Below the pieces are notes generated by a model. That model did not search any database, was not told where the DNA came from, and saw only the letters and a program-made list of their open reading frames with translations. Shown piece by piece: positions 21,701 through 36,700 of a stretch of 64,000 bases of DNA. The stretch is from the NCBI GenBank assembly GCA_964016885.1, contig OZ024741.1:150660001-150724000 (forward strand), read 5' to 3'. This stretch comes from Eledone cirrhosa. Its lineage: Eukaryota. The translations under genes and the position numbers were made by a program. Position 1 is the first letter of the stretch; every line of letters begins with the position of its first letter.

Positions 21701-24700
21701 CTCTCTATACTTCCCTCTATACCATTCTCTATACCTCCCTATACACCACTCTCTCTATACCAACCTCTACACTACTCTCTATACCTCCCTCTATACCACT
21801 CTCTATACCACCCCCTATACCACTCTCTATACCTCCCTCTACACCACTCTCTCTATACCTCCCTCTGCACCACTCTCTCTATACCTCTCTCTACACCACT
21901 CTCTCTATACCTCCCTCTACATCACTCTCTCTATACCTCCCTCTACACCACTCTCTCTATACCACCCTCTATACCACCCTCTATACCTCCCTCTACACCA
22001 CTCTCTACACCCCCCTCTACACCACTCTATACCTCCCTCTACACCACTCTCTCTATACCTCCCTCTACACAACTCTCTCTATACCACCCTCTATACCACT
22101 CTCTATACCTCCCTCTATACCACTCGCTATACCTCCCTTTACACCACACTCTATACCACCCTCTCCACCACTCTCTCTATACCTCCCTGTACACCTCTCT
22201 CTCTATACCTCCCTCTACACCACTCTCTCCATACCTCCCTCTACACCACACTCTCTATACGTCCCTCTACACCACTCTCTATACCCCCCTCTACACCACT
22301 CTCTCTATACCTCCCTCTACACGACTCTCTATACCTCCCTCTACACCACTCTCTCTATACCTCCCTCTACACCACTCTCTATACCTCCCTCTATACCACT
22401 CTCTCTATACCTCCCTCTATACCACTCTCTATACCTGCCTCTACACCACTCTCTCTATACCTCCCTCTACACCACTCTCTCTATACCTCCCTCTACACCA
22501 CTCTCTATACCTCACGCTACACCACTCTCTCTATACCACACTCTACACCACTCTCTATACCTCCCTCTACACCACTCTATACCTCCCTTCACGCCACTCT
22601 CTCTATACCACCCTCTATACACCTCTCTCTATACCTCCCTCTATACCACTCTCTATACCTCCCTCTATACCACTCTATATACCTCCCTCTACACCACTCT
22701 CTATATACCTCCCTTAAACCACTCTCTATACCTCCTTCTACACCACTCTTTATACCTCCCTCTACACCACTTTCTCTATACCTCCCTCTACACCACTCTC
22801 TATACCTCCCTCTATACCACTCTCTATACCTCCCTCTACACCACTCTCTCTATACCTCCCTCTACACCACACTCTCTATACCTCCCTCTACAACACTCTC
22901 TCTATACCTCCCTCTACACCACTCTCTATACCTCCCTCTACACCACTCTCTCTATACCTCCCTCTACACCACACTCTATACTTCCCTCTATACCACTCTC
23001 TATACATCCCTCTACACCACTCTCTCTATACCACCCTCTATACCACTCTCTATACCTCCCTCTATACCACTCTCTCTATACCTCCCTCTATACCACTCTC
23101 TATACCTCTCTCTACACCACTCTCTCTATACCCCCCTCTACACCACGCTCTCTATACCTCCCTCTACACCACTCTCTCTATACCACCCTCCATACCACTC
23201 TCTATACATCCCTCTACACTACTCTCTATACCACCCTCTATTCCACTCTCTATACCTCCCTCTACACCACTCTCTATACCTCCCTCTATACCACTCTCTA
23301 TACCTCCCTCTACAACACTCTCTCTATACCTCCCTCTGCACCACTCTCTCTATACCTCTCTCTACACCACTCTCTCTATAACTCCCTCTACACCACTCTC
23401 TATACCACCCTCTACCCCACTCTCTCTATACCTCCCTCTACACCACTCTCTCTATACCTCCCTCTACACCACTCTCTCTATACCTCCCTCTACACCACTC
23501 TCTATACCTCCCTCTACACCACTCTCTCTATACCACCCTCCATACCACTCTCTATACATCCCTCTACACCACTCTCTATACCACCCTCTATACCACTCTC
23601 TATACCTCCCTCTACACCACTCTCTATACCTCCCTCTATACCACTCTCTATACCTCCCTCTGCACCACTCTCTCTATACCTCTCTCTACACCACTCTCTC
23701 TATACCTCCCTCTACACCACTCTCTCTATACCTCCCTCTACACCACTCTCTCTATACCTCCCTCTACACCACTCTCTATACCTCCCTCTACACCACTCTC
23801 TCTATACCACCCTCTACACTACTCTCTATACCTCCCTCTATACCACTCTCTATATCGGCCTCTATACCACTCTCTATACCTCCCTCTATAGCACTCTCTA
23901 TATCTCCCTCTACACCACTCTCTCTATACCACCCTCTATACCACTCTCTATACCTCCCTCTACACCACTCTCTCTATAACTCCCTCTACACCACTCTCTC
24001 TCTATACCACCCTATATACCACTCTCTATACCTCCCTCTACACCACTCTCTACACCTCCCTCTACACCACTCTATTCCTCCCTCTACACCACTCTCACTA
24101 TACCTCACTCTACACCACTCTCTCTATACCACCCTCTATACCTCCCTCTATACCACACGCTATACCTCCCTTTACACCACACTCTATACCACCCTCTCCA
24201 CCACTCTCTCTATACCTCCCTGTACACCTCTCTCTCTATACCTCCCTCTAAACCACTCTCTATACCTCACTCTACACCACTCTCTGTATACCTCCCTCTA
24301 TACCACTCTCTATACCTCCCTCTACACCACTCTCTCTATACCTCCCTCTACGCTACGCTCTCTATACCTCCCTCTACACCACACTCTCTATACGTCCCTA
24401 TACACCACTCTCTATACCCCCTCTACACCACTCTCTCTATACCTCCCTCTACACGACTCTCTATACCTCCCTCTACACCACTCTCTCTATACCTCCCTCT
24501 ACACCACTCTCTATACCTCCCTGTATACCACTCTCTCTATACCTCCCTCTATACCACTCTCTATACCTCCCTCTACACCACTCTCTCTATACCTCCCTCT
24601 ACACCACTCTCTCTATACCTCCCTCTACACCACTCTCTATACCTCATTCTACACCACTCTCTCTATACCACACTCTACACCACTCTCTATACCTCCCTCT

Positions 24701-27700
24701 ACACCACTCTATACCTCCCTCCACGCCACTCTCTCAATACCACCCTCTATACACCTCTCTCTATACCTCCCTCTATACCACTCTCTATACCTCCCTCTAT
24801 ACATCTCTATACCTCCCTCTACACCACTTTCTCTATACCTCACTCAACACCACTCTCTATACCTCCCTCTATACCACTCTCTATACCTCCCTCTACACCA
24901 CTCTCTCTATACCTCCCTCTACACCACACTCTCTATACCTCCCTCTACACCACTCTCTCTATACCTCCCTCTACACCACACTCTCTATACTTCCCTCTAT
25001 ACCACTCTCTATACCTCCCTCTACACCACTCTCTCTATACCGCCCTCTACACGACTCTCTATACCTCCCTCTATACCACTCTCTATATCAGCCTCTATAC
25101 CACTCTCTATACCTCCCTCTATACCACTCTCTATACCTCCCTCTACACCACTCTCTCTATACCACCCTCTATACCACTCTCTATACCTCCCTCTATACCA
25201 CTCTCTCTATACGTCCCTCTATACCACTCTCTATACCTCCCTCTACACCACTCTCTCTATACTCCCTCTACACACGCTCTCTACACCTCCCTATACACCA
25301 CTCTCTCTATACCACCCTCCATAACACTCTCTATACATCCCTCCACACCACTCTCTATACCACCCTCTATACCACTTTCTATACCTCCCTCTACACCACT
25401 CTCTATACCTCCCTCTATACCACTCTCTATACCACCCTCTACCCCACTTTCTCTATACCTCACTCTACACCACTCTCTATACCTCCCTCTATACCACTCT
25501 CTATACCTCCCTCTACACCACTCTCTCTATACCTCCCTCTACACCACACTCTCTATACCTCCCTCTACACCACTCTCTCTATACCTCCCTCTACACCACA
25601 CTCTCTATACTTCCCTCTATACCACTCTCTATACCTCCCTCTACACCACTCTCTCTATACCGCCCTCTACACGACTCTCTATACCTCCCTCTATACCACT
25701 CTCTATATCAGCCTCTATACCACTCTCTATACCTCCCTCTATACCACTCTCTATACCTCCCTCTACACCACTCTCTCTATACCACCCTCTATACCACTCT
25801 CTATACCTCCCTCTATACCACTCTCTCTATACGTCCCTCTATACCACTCTCTATACCTCCCTCTACACCACTCTCTCTATACCTCCCTCTACACACGCTC
25901 TCTATACCTCCCTATACACCACTCTCTCTATACCACCCTCCATAACACTCTCTATACATCCCTCCACACCACTTTCTATACCACCCTCTACCCCACTCGC
26001 TCTATACCTCCCTCTACACCACTCTCTCTATACCTCCCTCTACTCCACTCTCTCTATACCTCCCTCTACACCACTCTCTATACCTCCCTCTACACCACTC
26101 TCTCTATACCTCCCTCTACACCACTCTCTATACCTCACTCTACACCACTCTCTCTATACCACACTCTACACCACTCTCTATACCTCCCTCTACACCACTC
26201 TATACCTCCCTCCACGCCACTCTCACTATACCACCCTCTATACACCTCTCCCTATACCTCCCTCTATACCACTCTCTATACCTCCCTCTACACCACTCTC
26301 TACACCTCCCTCTACACCACTCTATTCCTCCCTCTACACCACTCTCACTATACCTCCCTCTACACCACTCTCTCTATACCACTCTCTATACCTCCCTCTA
26401 TACCACTCGCTATACCTCCCTTTACACCACACTCTATACCACCCTCTCCACCACTCTCTCTATACCTCCCTGTACACCTCTCTCTCTATACCTCCCTCTA
26501 CACCACTCTCTCCATACCTCCCTCTACACCACACTCTCTATACGTCCCTCTACACCACTCTCTATACCCCCCTCTACACCACTCTCTCTATACCTCCCTC
26601 TACACCACTCTATACCTCCCTTCACGCCACTCTCTCTATACCACCCTCTATACACCTCTCTCTATACCTCCCTCTATACCACTCTCTATACCTCCCTCTA
26701 TACCACTCTATATACCTCCCTCTACACCACTCTCTATATACCTCCCTTAAACCACTCTCTATACCTCCTTCTACACCACTCTTTATACCTCCCTCTACAC
26801 CACTTTCTCTATACCTCCCTCTACACCACTCTCTATACCTCCCTCTATACCACTCTCTATACCTCCCTCTACACCACTCTCTCTATACCTCCCTCTACAC
26901 CACACTCTCTATACCTCCCTCTACAACACTCTCTCTATACCTCCCTCTACACCACTCTCTATACCTCCCTCTACACCACTCTCTCTATACCTCCCTCTAC
27001 ACCACACTCTCTATACTTCCCTCTATACCACTCTCTATACCTCCCTCTACACCACTCTCTCTATACCACCTCTACACTACTCTCTATACCTCCCTCAATA
27101 CCACTCTCTATATCGGCCTCTATACCACTCTCTATACCTCCCTCTACAGCACTCTCAATACCTCCCTCTACACCACTCTCTCTATACCACCCTCTATACC
27201 ACTCTCTATACCTCCCTCTATACCACTCTCTCTATACCTCCCTCTATACCACTCTCTATACTTCCCTCTACACCACTCTCTCTATACCTCCCTCTACACC
27301 ACGCTCTCTATACCTCCCTCTACACCACTCTCTCTATACCACCCTCCATACCACTCTCTATACATCCCTCTACACCACTCTCTATACCACCCTCTATACC
27401 ACTCTCTATACCTCCCTCTACACCACTCTCTATACCTCCCTCTATACCACTCTCTATACCTCCCTCTACAACACTCTCTCTATACCTCCCTCTGCACCAC
27501 TCTCTCTATACCTCTCTCTACACCACTCTCTCTATACCTCCCTCTACACCACTCTCTATACCACCCTCTACCCCACTCTCTCTATATCTCCCTCTACACC
27601 ACTCTCTCTATACCTCCCTCTACACCACTCTCTATACCTCCCTCTATACCACTCTCTATACCTCCCTCTGCACCACTCTCTCTATACCTCTCTCTACACC

Positions 27701-30700
27701 ACTCTCTCTATACCTCCCTCTACACCACTCTCTCTATACCTCCCTCTACACCACTCTCTATACCTCCCTCTACACCACTCTCTCTATACCTCCCTCTACA
27801 CCACTCTCTCTATACCTCCCTCTACACCACTCTCTATACCTCCCTCTACACCACTCTCTCTATACCACCCTCTACACTACTCTCTATACCTCCCTCTATA
27901 CCACTCTCTATATCGGCCTCTATACCACTCTCTATACCTCCCTCTATAGCACTCTCTATATCTCCCTCTACACCACTCTCTCTATACCACCCTCTATACC
28001 ACTCTCTATACCTCCCTCTACACCACTCTCTCTATACCTCCCTCTACACCACTCTCTCTCTATACCACCCTCACCACCACTCTCTCTATACCTCCCTGTA
28101 CACCTCTCTCTCTATACCTCCCTCTAAACCACTCTCTATACCTCACTCTACACCACTCTCTGTATACCTCCCTCTATACCACTCTCTATACCTCCCTCTA
28201 CACCACTCTCTCTATACCTCCCTCTACGCTACGCTCTCTATACCTCCCTATACACCACACTCTCTATACGTCCCTATACACCACTCTCTATACCCCCTCT
28301 ACACCACTCTCTCTATACCTCCCTCTACACGACTCTCTATACCTCCCTCTACACCACTCTCTCTATACCTCCCTCTACACCACTCTCTATACCTCCCTGT
28401 ATAGCACTCTCTCTATACCTCCCTCTATACCACTCTCTATACCTCCCTCTACACCACTCTCTCTATACCTCCCTCTACACCACTCTCTCTATACCTCCCT
28501 CTACACCACTCTCTATACCTCACTCTACACCACTCTCTCTATACCACACTCTACACCACTCTCTATACCTCCCTATACACCACTCTCTCTATACCACCCT
28601 CCATAACACTCTCTATACATCCCTCCACACCACTCTCTATACCACCCTCTATACCACTTTCTATACCTCCCTCTACACCACTCTCTATACCTCCCTCTAT
28701 ACCACTCTCTATACCTCCCTCTACACCCCTCTCTCTATACCTCCCTCTGCACCACTCTCTCTATACCTCCCTCTACACCACTCTCTTTATACCTCCCTCT
28801 ACACCACTCTCTATACCACCCTCTACCCCACTCTCTCTATACCTCCCTCTACACCACTCTCTATACCTCACTCTACACCACTCCCTCTATACCTCCCTCT
28901 ACTCCACTCTCTCTATACCTCCCTCTACACCACTCTCTATACCTCCCTCTACACCACTCTCTCTATACCTCCCTCTACACCACTCTCTATACCTCACTCT
29001 ACACCACTCTCTCTATACCACACTCTACACCACTCTCTATACCTCCCTCTACACCACTCTATACCTCACTCCACGCCACTCTCTCTATACCACCCTCTAT
29101 ACACCTCTCCCTATACCTCCCTCTATACCACTCTCTATACCTCCCTCTACACCACTCTCTACACCTCCCTCTACACCACTCTATTCCTCCCTCTACACCA
29201 CTCTCACTATACCTCCCTCTACACCACTCTCTCTATACCACTCTCTATACCTCCCTCTATACCACTCGCTATACCTCCCTTTACACCACACTCTATACCA
29301 CCCTCTCCACCACTCTCTCTATACATCCCTGTACACCTCTCTCTCTATACCTCCCTCTAAACCACTCTCTATACCTCACTCTACACCACTCTCTGTATAC
29401 CTCCCTCTATACCACTCTCTATACCTCCCTCTACACCACTCTCTCTATACCTCCCTCTACGCTACGCTCTCTATACCTCCCCCTACACCACACTCTCTAT
29501 ACGTCCCTATACACCACTCTCTATACCCCCTCTACACCACTCTCTCTATACCTCCCTCTACACGACTCTCTATACCTCCCTCTACACCACTCTCTCTATA
29601 CCTCCCTCTACACCACTCTCTCTATACCTCCCTCTACACCACTCTCTCTATACCTCCCTCTACACCACTCTCTATACCTCACTCTACACCACTCTCTCTA
29701 TACCACACTCTACACCACTCTCTATACCTCCCTCTACACCACTCGATACCTCCCTCCACGCCACTCTTTCAATACCACCCTCTATACACCTCTCTCTATA
29801 CCTCCCTCTATACCACTGTCTATACCTCCCTCTATACATCTCTATACCTCCCTCTACACCACTTTCTCTATACCTCACTCTACACCACTCTCTATACATC
29901 CCTCTATACCACTCTCTATACCTCCCTCTACACCACTCTCTCTATACCTCCCTCTACACCACACTCTCTATACCTCCCTCTACACCACACTCTCTATACT
30001 TCCCTCTATACCACTCTCTATACCTCCCTCTACACCACTCTCTCTATACCGCCCTCTACACGACTCTCTATATCTCCCTCTATACCACTCTCTATATCAG
30101 CCTCTATACCACTCTCTATACCTCCCTCTATACCACTCTCTATACCTCCCTCTACACCACTCTCTCTATACCACCCTCTATACCACTCTCTATACCTCCC
30201 TCTATACCACTCTCTCTATACGTCCCTCTATACCACTCTCTATACCTCCCTCTACACCACTCTCTCTAAACCTCTCTCTACACACGCTCTCTATACCTCG
30301 CTATACACCACTCTCTCTATACCACCCTCCATAACACTCTCTATACATCCCTCCACACCACTCTCTATACCACCCTCTATACCACTTTCTATACCTCCCT
30401 CTACACCACTCTCTATACCTCCCTCTATACCACTCTCTATACCTCCCTCTACACCCCTCTCTCTATACCTCCCTCTGCACCACTCTCTCTATACCTCCCT
30501 CTACACCACTCTCTTTATACCTCCCTCTACACCACTCTCTATACCACCCTCTACCCCACTCTCTCTATACCTCCCTCTACACCACTCTCTCTATACCTCC
30601 CTCTACACCACTCTCTCTATACCTCCCTCTACACCACGCTCTATACCTCCCTCTACACCACTCTCTCTACACCTCCCTCTACACCACTCTCTATACCTCA

Positions 30701-33700
30701 CTCTACACCACTCTCTCTATACCACACTCTACACCACTCTCTATACCTCCCTCTACACCACTCTATACCTCCCTCTACGCCACTCTCTCTATACCACCCT
30801 CTATACACCTCTCCCTATACCTCCCTCTATACCACTCTCTATACCTCCCTCTATACCACTCTCTATACCTCCCTCTACACCACTCTCTCTATACCTCCCT
30901 TAAACCACTCCCTATACCTCCTTCTACACCACTCTTTATACCTCCCTCTACACCACTTTCTCTATACCTCCCTCTACACCACTGTCTATACCTCCCTCTA
31001 TACCACTCTCTATACCTCCCTCTACACCACTCTCTCTATACCTCCCTCTACACCACACTCTCTATACCTCCCTCTACAACACTCTCTCTATACCTCCCTC
31101 TACACCACTCTCTATACCTCCCTCTACACCACTCTCTCTATACCTCCCTCTACACCACTCTCTATACCTCCCTCTACACCACTCTCTCTACACCACCCTC
31201 TACACCACACTCTCTATACTTCCCTCTATACCATTCTCTATACCTCCCTATACACCACTCTCTCTATACCAACCTCTACACTACTCTCTATACCTCCCTC
31301 TATACCACTCTCTATACCACCCCCTATACCACTCTCTATACCTCCCTCTACACCACTCTCTATACCTCCCTATATACCACTCTCTATACCTCCCTCTACA
31401 CCACTCTCTCTATACCTCCCTCTGCACCACTCTCTCTATACCTCTCTCTACACCACTCTCTCTATACCTCTCTCTACACCACTCTCTATACCTCCCTCTA
31501 CATCACTCTCTCTATACCTCCCTCTACACCACTCTCTCTATACCACCCTCTATACCACACTCTATACCTCCCTCTACACCACTCTCTACACCTCCGTCTA
31601 CACCACTCTATACCTCCCTCTACACCACTCTCTCTATACCTCCCTCTACACAACTCTCTCTATACCACCCTCTATACCACTCTCTATATCTCCCTCTATA
31701 CCACTCGCTATACCTCCCTTTACACCACACTCTATACCACCCTCTCCACCACTCTCTCTATACCTCCCTCTACACAACTCTCTCTATACCACCCTCTACA
31801 CCACTCTCTATACCTCCCTATATACCACTCTCTATACCTCCCTCTACACCACTCTCTCTATACCTCCCTCTACACCACTCTCTCTATACCCCCCTCTACA
31901 CCACACTCTCTATACGTCCCTATACACCACTCTCTATACCCCCCTCTACACCACTCTCTCTATACCTCCCTCTACACGGCTCTCTATACCTCCCTCTACA
32001 CCACTCTCTCTATACCTCCCTCTACACCACTCTCTATACCTCCCTCTATACCACTCTCTCTATACCTCCCTCTATACCACTCTCTATACCTCCCTCTACA
32101 CCACTCTCTCTATACCTCCCTCTACACCACTCTCTCTATACCTGCCTCTACACCACTCTCTATACCTCACTCTAAACCACTCTCTCTATACCACACTATA
32201 CACCACTCTCTATACCTCCCTCTACACCACTCTATACCTCCCTTCACGCCACTCTCTCTATACCACCCTCATATACCTCTCTCTATACCTCCCTCTATAC
32301 CACTCTCTATACCTCCCTCTATACCACTCTAAATACCTCCCTCTACACCACTCTCTATATACCTCCCTTAAACCACTCTCTATACCTCCTTCTACACCAC
32401 TCTTTATACCTCCCTCTACACCACTTTCTCTATACCTCCCTCTACACCACTCTCTATACCTCCCTCTATACCACTCTCTATACCTCCCTCTACACCACTC
32501 TCTCTATACCTCCCTCTACACCACACTCTCTATACCTCCCTCTACAACACTCTCTCTATACCTCCCTCTACACCACTCTCTATACCTCCCTCTACACCAC
32601 TCTCTCTATACCTCCCTCTACACCACACTCTCTATACTTCCCTCTATACCACTCTCTATACCTCCCTCTACACCACTCTCTCTATACCACCCTCTACACT
32701 ACTCTCTATACCTCCCTCTATACCATTCTCTATATCGGCCTCTATACCACTCTCTATAACTCCCTCTATAGCACTCTCTATACCTCCCTCTACACCACTC
32801 TCTCTATACCACCCTCTATACCTCTCTCTATACCTCCCTCTATACCACTCTCTCTATACCTCCCTCTATACCACTCTCTATACCTCCCTCTACACCACTC
32901 TCTCTATACCTGCCTCTACACCACGCTCTCTATACCTCCCTCTACTACACTCTCTCTATACCACCCTCCATACCTCTCTCTATACATCTCTCTACACCAC
33001 TCTCTATACCACCCTCTATACCACTCTCTATACCTCCCTCTACACCACTCTCTATACCTCCCTCTATACCACTCTCTATACCTCCCTCTACACCACACTC
33101 TCTATACCTCCCTCTGCACCACTCTCTCTATACCTCTCTCTACACCACTCTCTCTATACCTCCCTCTACACCACTCTCTATACCACCCTCTACCCCACTC
33201 TCTCTATACCTCCCTCTACACCACTCTCTCTATACCTCCCTCTACACCACTCTCTCTATACCTCACTCTACACCACTCTCTATACCTCCCTCTACACCAC
33301 TCTCTCTATACCACCCTCCATACCACTCTCTATACATCCCTCTACACCACTCTCTATACCACCCTCTATACAACTCTCTATACCTCCCTCTACACCACTC
33401 TCTATACCTCCCTCTATACCACTCTCTATACCTCCCTCTGCACCACTCTCTCTATACCTCTCTCTACACCACTCTCTCTATACCTCCCTCTACACCACTC
33501 TCTCTATACCTCTCTCTACACCACTCTCTATACCTCCCTCTACACCACTCTCTCTATACCTCCCTCTACACCACTCTCTCTATACCTCCCTCTACACCAC
33601 TCTCTATACCTCCCTCTACACCACTCTTTTTATACCACCCTCTACACTACTCTCTATACCTCCCTCTATACCACTCTCTATATCGGCCTCTATACCACTC

Positions 33701-36700
33701 TCTATACCTCCCTCTATAGCACTCTCTATATCTCCCTCTACACCACTCTCTCTATACCACCCTCTATACCACTCTCTATACCTCCCTCTACACCACTCTC
33801 TCTATACCTCCCTCTACACCACTCTCTCTCTATACCTTCCTATATACCACTCTCTATACCTCCCCCTACACCACTCTCTACACCTCCCTCTACACCACTC
33901 TATACCTCCCTCTACACCACTCTCTCTATACCTCCCTCTACACCACTCTCTCTATACCACCCTCTATACCACTCTCTATACCTCCCTCTATACCACTCGC
34001 TATACCTCCCTTTACACCACACTCTATACCACCCTCTCCACCACTCTCTCTATACCTCCCTGTACACCTCTCTCTCTATACCTCCCTCTAAACCACTCTC
34101 TATACCTCACTCTACACCACTCTCTGTATACCTCCCTCTATACCACTCTCTATACCTCCCTGTACACCACTCTCTCTATGCCTCCCTCTACGCCACGCTC
34201 TCTATACCTCCCTCTACACCACACTCTCTATACGTCCCTATACACCACTCTCTATACCCCCTCTACACCACTCTCTCTATACCTCCCTCTACACGACTCT
34301 CTATACCTCCCTCTACACCACTCTCTCTATACCTCCCTCTACACCACTCTCTCTATACCTCCCTCTACACCACTCTCTATACCTCACTCTACACCACTCT
34401 CTCTATACCACACTCTACACCACTCTCTATACCGCCCTCTACACCACTCTATACCTCCCTCCACGCCACTCTCTCAATACCACCCTCTATACACCACACT
34501 CTCTATACCTCCCTCTATACCACTCTCTATACCTCCCTCTATACATCTCTATACCTCCCTCTACACCACTTTCTCTATACCTCCCTCTACACCACTCTCT
34601 ATACCTCGCTCTATAACACTCTCTATACCTCCCTCTACACCACTCTCTCTATACCTCCCTCTACACCACACTCTCTATACCTCCCTCTACACCACTCTCT
34701 CTATACCTCCCTCTACACCACACTCTCTATACTTCCCTCTATACCACTCTCTATACCTCCCTCTACACCACTCTCTCTATACCTTCCTCTGCACGACTCT
34801 CTATATCAGTCTCTATACCACTCTCTATACCTCCCTCTATACCACTCTCTATACCTCCCTCTACACCACTCTCTCTATACCACCCTCTATACCACTCTCT
34901 ATACCTCCCTCTATAACACTCTCTCTATACCTCCCTCTATACCACTCTCTATACCTCCCTCTACACCACTCTCTCTATACCTCCCTCTACACCACGCTCT
35001 CTATACCTCCCTATACACCACTCTCTCTATACCACCCTCCATACCACTCTCTATACATCCCTCCACACCACTCTCTATACCACCCTCTATACCACTTTCT
35101 ATACCTCCCTCTACACCACTCTCTATACCTCCCTCTATACCACTCTCTATACCTCACTCTACACCCCTCTCTCTATAACTCCCTCTGCACCACTCTCTCT
35201 ATACCTCCCTCGACACCACTCTCTTTATACCTCCCTCTACACCACTCTCTATACCACCCTCTACCCCACTCTCTCTATACCTCCCTCTACACCACTCTCT
35301 CTATACCTCCCTCTACACCACTTTCTCTATACCTCCCTCTACACCACTCTCTATACCTCCCTCTACACCACTCTCTCCATACCTCCCTCTACACCACTCT
35401 CTATACCTCCCTCTACACCACTCTATACCTCCCTCCACGCCACTCTCTCTATACCACCCTCTATACACCTCTCCCTATACCTCCCTCTATACCACTCTCT
35501 ATACCTCCCTCTATACCACTCTCTATACCTCCCTCTACACCACTCTCTCTATACCTCCCTTAAACCACTCCCTATACCTCCTTCTACACCACTCTTTATA
35601 CCTCCCTCTACACCACTTTCTCTATACCTCCCTCTACACCACTCTCTATACCTCCCTCTATACCACTCTCTATACCTCCCTCTACACCACTCTCTCTATA
35701 CCTCCCTCTACACCACACTCTCTATACCTCCCTCTACAACACTCTCTCTATACCTCCCTCTACACCACTCTCTATACCTCCCTCTACACCACTCTCTCTA
35801 TACCTCCCTCTACACCACACTCTCTATACTTCCCTCTATACCATTCTCTATACCTCCCTATACACCACTCTCTCTATACCAACCTCTACACTACTCTCTA
35901 TACCTCCCTCTATACCACTCTCTATACCACCCCCTATACCACTCTCTATACCTCCCTCTACACCACTCTCTATACCTCCCTCTATACCACTTTCTATACC
36001 TCCCTCTACAGCACTCTATACCTCCCTTCACGCCACTCTCTCTATACCACCCTCTATACACCTCTCTCTATACCTCCCTCTATACCACTCTCTATACCTC
36101 CCTCTATACCACTCTCTATACCTCCCTCTACACCACTCTCTATATACCTCCCTTAAACCACTCTCTATACCTCCTTCTACACCACTCTTTATACCTCCCT
36201 CTACACCACTTTCTCTATGCCTCCCTCTACACCACTCTCTATACCTCCCTCTATACCACTCTCTATACCTCCCTCTACACCACTCTCTCTATACCTCCCT
36301 CTACACCACACTCTCTATACTTCCCTCTATACCACTCTCTATACCTCCCTCTACACCACTCTCTCTATACCACCCTCTACACTACTCTCTATACCTCCCT
36401 CTATACCACTCTCTATATCAGCCTCTATACCACTCTCTATACCTCCCTCTATACCACTCTCTATACCTCCCTCTATACCACTCTCTCTATACCTCCCTCT
36501 ATACCACTCTCTATACCTCCCTCTGCACCACTCTCTCTATACCTCCATCTACACCACGCTCTCTATACTTCCCTCTACACCACTCTCTCTATACCACCCT
36601 CCATACCACTCTCTATACATCCCTCTACACCACTCTCTATACCACGCTCTATACCACTCTCTATACCTCCCTCTACACAATTCTCTATACCTCCCTCTAT